From: Vicugna vicugna
Lineage: Eukaryota
Length of the DNA stretch: 64,000 nucleotides
Direction of reading: 5' to 3'
NCBI GenBank assembly: GCA_013265495.1
Contig: MU058844.1
Span: forward strand, 12,360,184 to 12,424,183
The translations under genes were made by a program, and so were the position numbers. Position 1 is the stretch's first letter, and the number at the start of each line of letters is the position of its first letter. Below, piece after piece: positions 51,179 through 61,720 of this stretch. The notes under the pieces were generated by a model, which was given only the letters and a program-made list of their open reading frames with translations, was not told where the DNA came from and did not search any database.

Positions 51179-53792
51179 GCCAGAGTGGCCCAGCTCCAGG
51201 CCAGGATCAGCCCTTCCCACCTCCCCCGGTGCCTAGAGAAGTGGTATCGCTCTAACTCCAGCGCAAAGCTGGGGGAACCATTTCCTGGAACCTGGCTGGC
51301 CTCCCCTCCCTCGGCCCAAATGATGGTCAGCCCCGGTCATCAGGGACCTGTTTACCTGGAGACAGAACCCCCCACAGTGTTCTGGGCCGTCAGTTGGTCA
51401 GTTGTGGCCCAGAGGACCCTGGCCTCAGAGGCAGAGCTGTGGGGCCCCGGCAGCCACAGAGGGTCTGCCTCCTGCCCCTAGGCCTGCATTCCCCCTGACG
51501 CTGCAGAGCCTGTGGGGCATTCTGCTGCTGGTTTCGGAAAGCCTGACCCTTCTGTTTCCCTGGGGCACCCTGGTGTGTGAGGTAGGGCTGATCTTGACGG
51601 TAAAAAGATGGCACATTTCCTGAAGTGGGAAGATTCCAGGTGAGGGATGTTCTTTCCCCAACGAAGTCTGTAGACAAGAGACTGAGATAGCTGGACCCAC
51701 AACTCAGGCCGATGGAGCCGGCAGGCAGCCTGGCGGGGAGGCCAGTCCTCCACTCTTAGAAACTGTGTTTGTCGGCTCTGAACACAAGTCTGAGCAGGTC
51801 ATCCTTTCAGGGCATCTTGGACTTTCTAGAAAAGGCTTGGAGGAGCCCATCTCCTCAACTCTCCCAAGTGACGGATGAGATACCCAGCCTCCAAGCACCA
51901 GAGAGCACTGGGGAGCAGCTTCGGCAGAGAGGAAGGGACGACCTGAAGGAAAATCCTCTTTCTCCAGGAAATCCAGAGCTGCTGGCCCAGGAAATCACAA
52001 GATGGAAGCAGCGACCCCAGGAGAAGGAGGAGGAGAAAGAAGGGCTGGTGGAGGCGAACGCCCAAAGGGAGAGGGCCCTGCAGGACAAGGTCGGCCAGCT
52101 GGAGTCCCTGGCTGAGCGCCTGCTGAGGGCCACCCGCCGGCCCAGGCCCCTGGGAGATGGTGGAGGGAGCGGCAATGCTAGAGGTCAGTAGGGTGCAGGG
52201 GCAGCACAGAGCCCCCCAGCTGTCCCTCGGCCAGAAGGTGACCTGAAGTGGGTCCAGGGTGACATCAGAGTGCCCCATCCAGGTCCTGGGTGGGAGCCTC
52301 AAGGAAGAGCCAGACAAGTGGGAGAAGAAAAGCAGATGATTAAAGAGCTGGAGGGATAAATAGCGAGTCTGCAGGCGGAGGAGGCAGGTCTGCGGCAGGA
52401 GAACGCCGAGCTTGACAGCAAGATCTGGCAGCTGCGCCAGAGGCTCCGGATGCTGTCCGGAGTCCGTGTGGATTACTTGACGCAGCTTCAGGAGAAGCGG
52501 CGCGAGGAGGAAGCGTGCTGCTCAGAGCTGGGGAGGAAGCTAGCCACTTCAAGTGGACAGGTGACCTCCACGCAGCAGATCCGCAGCGTCTACAAGCAGA
52601 TGGCCAAGGCCCTGCGCCAGCACCTGGAGGAGAATCCTCCCTACCATTGGAAGAAGATCCTCTTGTTGAGCAGAGAGCCCAGGGGAGCTGGATGCCAGCC
52701 GTGGGGATGTGGAGAAAACTCAAGGAGCTCAGAATGACAAACAGCACCACAGGCAAGCACTGCAGGTTCAGGGCGACCCCCGGCCCTACCCGCCGGGCCC
52801 TGATGCTCCCACTGCCCCACCTGCCACCCCCAGGAGCCCAGAGGTGGAAGACCCTGGACACTGGGACCCTAGCAAGGAGGAGGGCCTCCCCATAAGAGCT
52901 CAGGGTTCTGGGGTCACCTGTAGGGATGACTCAGCTCCCAGTGCCCAGGTCTGGCCCCCACAAAACCACTGCACCTCATCCACAGGCACGTGTGTCTGGG
53001 GAGGACGCGTCCATCCAGCTCTACCTAGTTTGTCCTGGTTCCCCATTGATGTCACAGTGACTCCTGTTAGTACAGCATTGTAACTTGACGGTAGCAGTAT
53101 TTAAATGTGGATTCGTTAATGTATTCTCGTAATTACCTAACTTCCCCATTGAAACCCTTAGGAATATAGTGTATGGTGTTGTATTTTGGTTGAAATTAAG
53201 TGCCCACTATGATACAAAGCATCCTCTAAGTTTGTCCTCGTAGACATGTTTGAGACAATGAGAATTCTCTGTACATTAGGCTACTATTTACAATGTAGAA
53301 GTAACTGCTGGATATTGACCTCATAAAGTTTTGGTTGGTTTGAAAACCTAAGCAAAACAAAACAAAAACCAAAAAAAAGGGGGAAAAAAAGAAACTGAAC
53401 AAAAAGAAAAACTTAAGCAAGACAACCCCATTCAAACTACGTCTTATTTCTATTAGCTTAGTCTTAATCTATACTTTGTCCTAAACTCATAAGAGTAGTT
53501 CAGTACCAAATGCATAGGTTAGATAATTTTGAGATTTTGCAACCACTATTTCCTGATTTGTAATTTCTTCTTCATCTTCCTTGTTTTGTTTAAGACAGTG
53601 TTTGTCATTTAACATTTCTAAATATATGCAGTCAAAATAAAAACGTATCCTTTTGATGCCAAACACACACACACAGATATTAGACAGATACTAAACAATT
53701 TTAGTTGTTTCACATACCTCAAAAATGTAAGAGAGTTGCAAATTTCTAAAAATGTTTTAAAATAAAGATGATTGAAGAGAGAAGGAAAAAAA
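51179..53792 (+). pseudogene. CTAGE5: cTAGE5/MIA2-like processed (retro)pseudogene
   Basis: Intronless; translated pieces are collinear with recalled cTAGE5: FPWGTLVC~FPWELVIC; LAQEITRWKQ...ERALQDKVGQLESLAERLL~LLQEAEVWKEQ...EQVLNDKESHIKTLTERLL; QLRQRLRMLS..LQEKRREEE~KLQQKLKVMT..LHRKLTVEE; YKQMAKALRQHLE~YRKRAKDLEEELE; EQRAQGSW~EKKAHDNW. Stops at 51621, 52189 and 52357 plus frameshifts; AATAAA at 53761, A tail at 53786-53794; TSD aagaattttctc at 51167-51178 and 53793-53804. Confidence 0.85.
53761..53766 (+). promoter_or_regulatory. Polyadenylation signal of the retrocopied transcript
   Basis: AATAAA ~20 nt upstream of the terminal A-run and right TSD. Confidence 0.7.
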
Positions 53793-54049
53793 AAGAATTT
53801 TCTCAACCTTCTTTTGAACAGCCCCTGGGAGAGCCTGCCCTGATGTGTCCAATTCTAAGGTGGGCAGCGCTTAAGCTTTAGCTAGGAATGCCCACTACAC
53901 TACAGCTCTGTAAAAATCTAGTTCAGTTGAAGGAAAGATGGAAGTTCTTAGTTCGTTCTGACACATGAAGAATCCAGAAGCCCAATTTTAATTAAAACAT
54001 CTTATTTTGATGTGTTAGCTTATTTGGATTTATTGATTCTAATCTTGCA

Positions 54050-54230
54050 GAGGATAGTAATTAAGGGATGAACTTTGCAACAAGACTTAAGTTCATCTCT
54101 GGTCCACCGATTACCAGTGGTAAGACCTTAGAAAAGTTTCTAAATCACCACCTGTGCCTCAGCGTTCCTAGCTATAAGGTAAGACTACTGATGCGCACAT
54201 TATAGAGCGTCAGTGGAGATTAGGTCACAG
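54050..54230 (-). mobile_element. MIR fragment
   Basis: 'gaccttagaaaagtttctaaatcac...tgtgcctcagcgttcctagctataa'. Confidence 0.5.
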
Positions 54231-54769
54231 GAGTAAGCCACATTGGCAGAGAATGGTCATTGGTATAAAGTAAGCCATATAGAAAGTACTACATATGATT
54301 TGATAGCAGTATTTAGCAATTGCTTAGCTGTTAGAAGCTTACCAGTCATCACCCGTGCAAAGAGCTTCTCATTTAGTGATACTAGATGAGTAAGAATTGA
54401 TGTGGTCTGGACATGTGCCAAGGACTTTATTTACCTAACACTTCTATGCATTCTGAATTGGGGAAGGGGATGCAGAGAGGAAACTGTTCAAATGTTTGTA
54501 CTTATTTGTAATAAGGCATTAAGTTCTAGTACATGTCACAGTGGGAAGAGGATGTTGCTTGGGAGATAGTCTACAAGCAAATGTGGTTTATTGGCATGTA
54601 GACATCCTTCCTATGGAAATCCAGCCATGCACTCTGACCAGCAGCTGGCATAGTTATATGATGTTAATACATTAGCTATATATACACGTTCCTGTGTGGC
54701 AGGCTATGTTATTAATTATTCCACTGATATATATGTGAAAAACATTCCTATTTTGAGCAAGAGAAATAC

Positions 54770-54898
54770 CTCCAAAAAAGACAGAATCTCTAGTCACTAA
54801 CTTGTGTATTTCCCCTATTCATTAGCCCAAAATACTAAATATCTCAACTAATTAATTAACAAAATAAAAATAAAATATAAATGAAAACTTAGATTCAT

Positions 54899-54940
<42 letters not shown>

Positions 54941-55745
54941 CAAATATTCAGAGAAGCTTTATCCTCAATAGCCAAAAACTAGCAACAACCAAAACATCTT
55001 TCAATGAGTGAAAAGGTAAACAAACTATGGTATATCCAAATTATTAAATACTACTCAGCAATAAAATAGAATTATTGATACATGCAACAACTTGGATAAC
55101 TCTCAAGAGAATGGTGCTAAGTGAAAAACAGTCAATATCAAAAGAGTACATAATATGTGATTCCATTTATGTAACATTCTTGAAATGACAAAATGATAAA
55201 GATGGAGAACTGATGAGTAGTGGCCAGAGGCTGTGGGAAGAACTAAGTGCATGTAGCTATAATAGGGCAGTAGCCCAAGGAATCCCTGAGATGGAACTGC
55301 TCTGTACCTTGGCTGTGGTGGTTTCACACGAATCTACACATGTGACAAAAATGCAACAGAACTAAAACGACACACACATACAAATGAGTGTATGTAAAGC
55401 TAGCAGCAAAACACAGATAAGACTAATTCATTTTATTAACGTCAATCTCCCAGCTGTGACATTGCATCACAGTTATATAAGTTATTACCGTTAGGAGAAA
55501 CTGGGTCAAATGTATAGAGGATCTCTCTGAATTATTTCTTACAACTACATGTGAATCAAAAATTATTTCGGGGGAGGGTACAGCTCAGTGGTAGAGTACA
55601 TGCCTAGCATGCAGAAGGTCCTGGTTTCAATCCCCAGTACCTTCACCAGAAGTAACAACAGATAAACTTAATTACCTCCCCCCATAAAAAAAATTACCAA
55701 AACAAAATTTTTTAAATTATTTCAGAATAAAAAATTGATAAAAAG
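54770..55745 (+). mobile_element. L1MC/MD-type 3' end with (CA)n and a nested SINE
   Basis: 'agaagctttatcctcaatagccaaaaactag...aaacaaactatggtatatcc...atgtgattccatttatgtaacattcttgaaatgacaaaat...gtgaatcaaaaattatttc|SINE|agaataaaaa'. Confidence 0.8.
55570..55713 (+). mobile_element. tRNA-Ala-derived camelid SINE (Vic-1-like)
   Basis: GGGGGAGGGTACAGCTCAGTGGTAGAGTACATGCCTAGCATGCAGAAGGTCCTGGTTTCAATCCCCAGTACC; TSD aaattatttc at 55560-55569 and 55714-55723. Confidence 0.92.
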
Positions 55746-57038
55746 AAAGTGCACCGAAGAACTTTCATAAGATGTTGTATAACATGTCAACTTAATGTAA
55801 AAGCTAAATCTAAAAGTAATGATTTCATTGTCTGTAGACTTACAGTATCTGCTATTCTTAAAACAGCAATCCCATGACTCTGATTCAGTAAATATTTACT
55901 GAGCTCTAGGCATAACTCTAGGCATTTCAGCAAAGAAAATATTATATGACCTTTAAAGATATGCCTGTGGTAGGTAGTAAGGTCCCTATTTTACAAATGA
56001 AGACAGATTCAGTGATGTCAAGGAAGTTGCCCAAAGAACCACATTCAATATACAGCAGGTCTGCCACGTTCCTCCAGCCAGTGCCTTCCCCAGCACTAAA
56101 TCAGAGCAGCCTCTGTCACAGAGAAATCTCCTTCAGAGAACAAAACAGTGGTTATTTATGAATTTAAGAACTTAAATGGTGGAGTTTGTGTTTCACTTTC
56201 TATCACAACAATGGGGTAACCAATTTCTTGCTGCTACAAACCCTAAATCTTGTTTTACTTTTCTTTTGTCCCTTGAAACCGCAAGCAAAACCTGATCACT
56301 CTCACCAACACCTCCAAAAGCTCATCCCAGTTCCTTTCCACTTTCAAAAGATGTTGTATAAAATATCAACTTAAAAATGCAAAAATCGTAATCTTTAAAA
56401 GTAGTATGATTTCATTACCTATAGATTTACAATTAAACATATTAATCATGAATGCATCATTAAATCCTCTTTGTTCACCCCAACCAGCCACTGAGCAGCT
56501 GAGCTGCTGCAGACTGGATAATCGGGAGAGTGGTACCACAGTGAAGTCACGACTGCCAATCTTGGGAGCCACAGTCTACTTCCCTGAAATACATACCAGC
56601 CGGTCCCAGCCTTTCCCTTGATTGTAGAGTTTAAGTCTACTCCCTTTTCTCACAATACTACTCAAAAATTTGAAATCTGCTATCAAATTGCCCAAGTCAT
56701 CTTTCTCTCCAAGCTTCTGAACACACTCCAGTTGGTCCACGTCTCTTTTAAGGCCCAGTGGCCAGCGATGACTATAAAGTGACTTTTTAGGTGGGTTCTG
56801 CCTAGAACAAGGCAAGCTTATTCTCTTCCCTCATTCTAAACACAGTGCTTCTTACTAATACAGACAAGTTTACATGCATCTCCCTGACATCCAGTCACTA
56901 TTTATAAAATGACAATTAACACTACTTCTAAGCCATATTCTCCTTTTCCTATAATTATGCAATTGGGTGTCTGTCTCTTTCTTTGTTTAATTTTTTTTGC
57001 CAAGTTATAGATCATTTCACACATTCAACAAAGATATT

Positions 57039-57089
57039 GAAAGGAAGGAAGGAAGGAAAGAAGGAAGGAAAGAAAGAAAGAAAGAAGGA

Positions 57090-57160
<71 letters not shown>

Positions 57161-57276
57161 GAAGAAAGAAAGAAAGAGAGAAAGAAAGAGAAGAGAAGAG
57201 TAAAGAAAGAAAAGAGAAAAAAAGGAAGGAAGGAAGGAAGGAAGGGAGGAAGGAAGGAAGGGAGGAAGGAAGGAAA
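57039..57276 (+). repeat. Compound (GGAA)n/(GAAA)n microsatellite
   Basis: Directly visible near-pure purine tract. Confidence 0.97.
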
Positions 57277-58554
57277 CAAGATACCTCCATTAATTGATTT
57301 GTGAAATATACTGACTTTCAGTTATTGAAAAATGCCTTCTAAACTGGCCAGAAGAATTAACACAGGCTATTTAAAATTCTTTAACTCAGCCACAGGTATG
57401 GGTAAATTGATTAACCAACACTGGGAACTAAAGATGTTTAGGAAACCTAATTTTTAGTACCGTGAACAATGAAGAAAGTTATACTACCCACCTCTTCATT
57501 CCAGACCCGCACCTCCAGTTGGCCCCAAGGCGGCCTCACAATGGAGGCATTCCCCCCACCAGGGGATGAAATGTGACTGAGCTCCCCCAGACTATGATGT
57601 GCTTGCATTGAATTCCTGCCAAGCTTTGTCCAGGGAAAGCCAGTGGGGCTGCATTAGGTATTAGGGCGTCTCTCCACCAAGAAGACTGTGCCAAATAGAG
57701 CAGCCTTGCCTTCTAACCGAGGAGCAGTCTTTCCGTAATGTTGCCACTGCCCTCACCCACCACCATCACCATCCCAGCTCGAATTCCTGTCCACCAGAGC
57801 TGGCCCTGATCTTCCCTGGTCCTTCTCTCCTTTTCAGTTTCTGGAAGCAAGGACTTCTCTTTTATTGATCATTTACCCTTCAGGCTCAGACAGAGAAATG
57901 GGAGTTTAACCATCATCGAATGAATTGGTCCATGGTAGGAATCCGGAGGCCAGCAGGCTAAGAAAAATAATCAAAATGTGCTAATAATATTTTAAAAGTT
58001 CAGATTTCTGTCTTCTCTTGGAAAGCTATACAGAGGGCAGGCGCTGAGTGGGATACATACAGTGTATCCCATACAGGGGAATATGATGGACATACGACGC
58101 TCCCTTTCAGAAGGCCAGGCACGCTACAGCTCTCCACAATTCCAGCAATTCACCTGTGCAAGTTGCTGCGTGGCCCAGCGGGCATTCCAGTTTACAACCT
58201 TTGACTCAGGGAGGAAGGCGTCCTTATTCTTTACAAATGACACCTTCAATAACACGTCTTAGAGAATCTTTCCTGGGGCATCAGGCTTGCTGTCTAACAG
58301 TCAGCAGTATTCACTTTCTTATCCTTTGTGAAAATTTAAAGTATACCCTAGGCTTTAGGAATTTAAAAAAAAAAGGCTCTAATATGGAAATTGGGTCAAA
58401 GGAGTTAAGGAAATTTAAGGAATTTAAGGAGAAAAACAAGCTACGTTTATTTACTGACCACTTAATATGGAAAGGAGGCATACTAAGTGTTTCAATGTGC
58501 ATTTTTTTCAGTACTTCCCAGTTTTTCCTAGTGTTTGTTTAGCTCCTCAGTGAC

Positions 58555-58660
58555 TCTTACCCTTGGAGATTCTGAATCACTGGATCTGGGCTGGAGCTGG
58601 AAATGTTACATCTTCAACAAGCACTCTTGGGATTCTTATCATCAGGGAACTTGGTAAATA
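58555..58660. mobile_element. MER5-like hAT fragment
   Basis: 'gagattctgaatcactggatctgggctggagc...caacaagcactcttgggattcttat'. Confidence 0.55.
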
Positions 58661-58837
58661 ACTGCATTAGCTTACTTAATCTTACCATGACTCTATAAGG
58701 GCAGGTACTATTCCTAAAGGAAAACCACAACTGAGGTTAACTAATCTGTACACAGACACACTGTTAGTCAACTCAAAACTCACATAGATCAGGAATCTAA
58801 AAATTATGACCTGTAGGCCAATCCCACCCACTGACTG

Positions 58838-60350
58838 TTTTTTTTTTAAATTGTGGTAAAATGTATATAACATAAAATTGACCATTTTAACCATTTTTAA
58901 GTATACAGCTCAGTGGCGTTAAGGACATTCACGTTGTTGGCCACCATCACCACTATCCGTCTCCAGATACTTCCCCATTCTCCTATCCTCCCAGGCCCTG
59001 GCAACCAACATTTTCTTTTCTGTCCCTATGAATTTGACTACTTGTGGTAGTTCACAGAAGTGAGATCACACAATGGTTGTCCTTTTGTGACCTGCTTATT
59101 TCACTCAGCGTGTGTCTTGAAGATTCATTCGTGTTATAGCATGTGTCAGAATTTTTTCCCTTTGTAAGGCTGAACAACATTCCACAGTTTTATGTACATG
59201 CCACATGTGTTAATGTATTCACCCGTCAATGGACACTTGGATTGCTTCCACCTTTTTTGGCTACTGTGAATAAAGCTACTATGAACTGCATAGTAGAGCT
59301 ACATGCATATAAAGCTGTTCAAGTCCCTGCTTTCAGTTCTCTCCAGTAAATACCAAGAAGTGGGACTGCTGGATCATATGGTAATTCTACTTTTAATATT
59401 TTGAGGGACTGCCACACTGTTTTCCACAGCGGCTGCAGCATTCCACATTCCCACCAGCAATAAACACAAGGGTTCTGATTTCCCCACGTCCCCACCAGCA
59501 CTCGTTATTTTCAGGGTTTTCGCTAGTGACCATCCTAATGGGTGTGAAGTGGAATCTGACCGTGATTTTGATTTGCATGTCGCTAATTATTACTGATGTC
59601 AAGCATCTTCCGTGTGTGTGTGTGTGTGTGTATGTGTGTGTGTGTAAAGGTTATCTGAATACCTTATCTGGAGAAATACCTACTCAAGTCATTTGTTTAT
59701 TTCTTAATTGGGCTGTTTGGCTTCTGTTGTTGAGTTGTAGTAGTTTTTCACACATTCCGGATAATAATGCCTTAGATTGATTTGCAAATACTTTCTCTCT
59801 GTTGATACAGTCCTTCGATGTGTAAAAGCCTTTCATTTTTATGAAGTCTAACTTATCTATTTTTTCTTTTGTTGCCTGTGCTTTTCGGTGTCATATCCAA
59901 GATATTATTACCAAACCCAATGTCACAAAGCTTTCTTCTATGCCTTCTTCTAAAAGTTTTAGAGATTGTGGTCTTATGTTTAAGTCTTTGATCCATTTTG
60001 TGTTAATGTTGATGGTATAATGGCATAAGGTCCAACTTTATTCTTTTGCATGTAGATACCCACTTTTCTCAGTACCATTTGCTGAAAAGACTGTCCTTTC
60101 TTCACTCAATGGTCTTGGTACCCTTGTCCAAAATTATTTGACCATATCAAGCAAGGGCTTACTTCCGGTTCTCCATTCTATTACCTTGGTCTATATGTCC
60201 ACACTATGCTAGTACCATACTATTTTGATTATCTTAGTTATGTAGTAAGTTTTGGGAACAGGAAGTGTGAGACCTCCAACTTTGTTCCTCTTTTTCAAAA
60301 TTGTTTTGGCTATTCAGGGCCCTCTGAGACACCACATGAATTTTAAGATA
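58838..60350 (-). mobile_element. L1MB-type element (ORF2 C-terminus plus 3' UTR) with (GT)n
   Basis: T-tail then 'ttgtggtaaaatgtatataacataaaattgaccattttaacc'; minus ORF CWWEC..LQPLWKTVWQ.LK.LKVELPYDPAVPLLGIY; (GT)n at 59612-59645. Confidence 0.88.
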
Positions 60351-60819
60351 AACTGATGTTCTTAGCATTTAGTGTATGACCAAGTCCTTGCTGGCTCAGA
60401 ATAATCAGCTGTTTACTCTTCCCCAAATTCTCTCTAATAACCTATACTCATGCCCTATTTCCAAAGGAATTTGTTTGTATGAAATTTCAATTTATGTATC
60501 ACATTCTTCCAGTGTCTGCAGCATACAAATTAAAGGTTTTTATTTAAATGTACTGTTTCCCTCACAATTCAGTAGTATGTATTATTTAATATTTAAATTT
60601 TTCCAAGATGTTACTTCCTAGCGAAAAACAAAGGGAACTTATCATCTGAATTTTTAAAGAAGACTCCCATTACCTTTATAAGTATTAGTAGCAATGCCCT
60701 GGATATATATTATGCTAAACCAGAATACAATTTCCATAACTAGCTCTCATTTCTAAACCAGCCAACCCCAGGAAATATACAGACCTTCCAGAGGCAGGCT
60801 CAAATAACACAGGGGAGTA

Positions 60820-61720
60820 AATGCTGTCGTCCCTCCCAGCCTTCCCCATCCCAGTAATGGCACTTCAGTCCACCAGTCACTTAAAACAGAACCTGAGACT
60901 CATTCTTCACATCTCTTTTCCCTTCATCCCCACATTCAACTTATTAATGAATTTTGTCCATTCTGCCTTTATAATGCATCCTGGGTCTCCCCCCTTCTCT
61001 CCATTTACATTGTCAGTTGGAAAGGAAAGTCCACCACCATTGCTGTCAACTGGACAAGGTCTGAAGTAGCTTACCTAGTCTCCCTGTTCCCTCTTGTCTC
61101 CCTTCAATCCATTCTCCACAGGGCAGCCGGAAGGCTCGGGTCCCTCCTCATCTAAAACTCAGTGGCTTCCCATATCACTGACAATAAAACCCAATCCCCT
61201 GAACATGCCTGAGGTTTGAAAGGCCCTGAACTGAGCTACGCTTCTCAAACCTCAGCCCAGCCTATAACCACTCTCCTCTTGCTCCTTAAGCTACAGCCAC
61301 ATCAGCTTCCTCCAGGTTCCTCAAACTTACCGTATCCTTTCTCACCAGAGCCTTTACAGGTGACTGTTCCTTGTCCTGCCACAGCTGTCCCCCTTTTGTC
61401 TCTTGAAACTGGCCATCTCCTATTCAACCTTCAAGTCTCTGCTCAGATATCACTTCCCCAGAGTGACTTTTCTAACCAGCAAACCTAAAATTGGTTTGCC
61501 ACCAGCCCCCTGGTTCTCCCTCATAGCATCCTGTTATTTTCCTCCAAAAATCCTTCACAATCTAAAATTAATTTTTCTTTTTGTCTGCTTCTTTATCCCT
61601 AATTATATAAATTCTAATAAGGCAGAGAGTGTTTCAGATTTGATCTCCTTATAACTATGCCTGTCACACTATGTAGGCCCTCATAAAAAAACTGTTAAAC
61701 AAATGAAAGAACAAATGAAG
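60820..61720 (+). mobile_element. L2 3' part
   Basis: 'tcaatccattctccacagggcagcc...cagtggcttcccatatcact...tcaagtctctgctcagatatcacttcccc...tgttaaacaaatgaa'. Confidence 0.7.

Noticed and set aside
51826..52861. 163-aa and 173-aa minus-strand ORFs
   Set aside because: They are antisense shadows of the GC-rich cTAGE5-like pseudogene, with no recognisable homology.
51456..53083. Intact cTAGE-like gene
   Set aside because: The start codon is lost, there are in-frame stops at 51621, 52189 and 52357, and several frameshifts.
56983..57297. K/E/R-rich and F/L/S-rich ORFs
   Set aside because: They are translations of the microsatellite.
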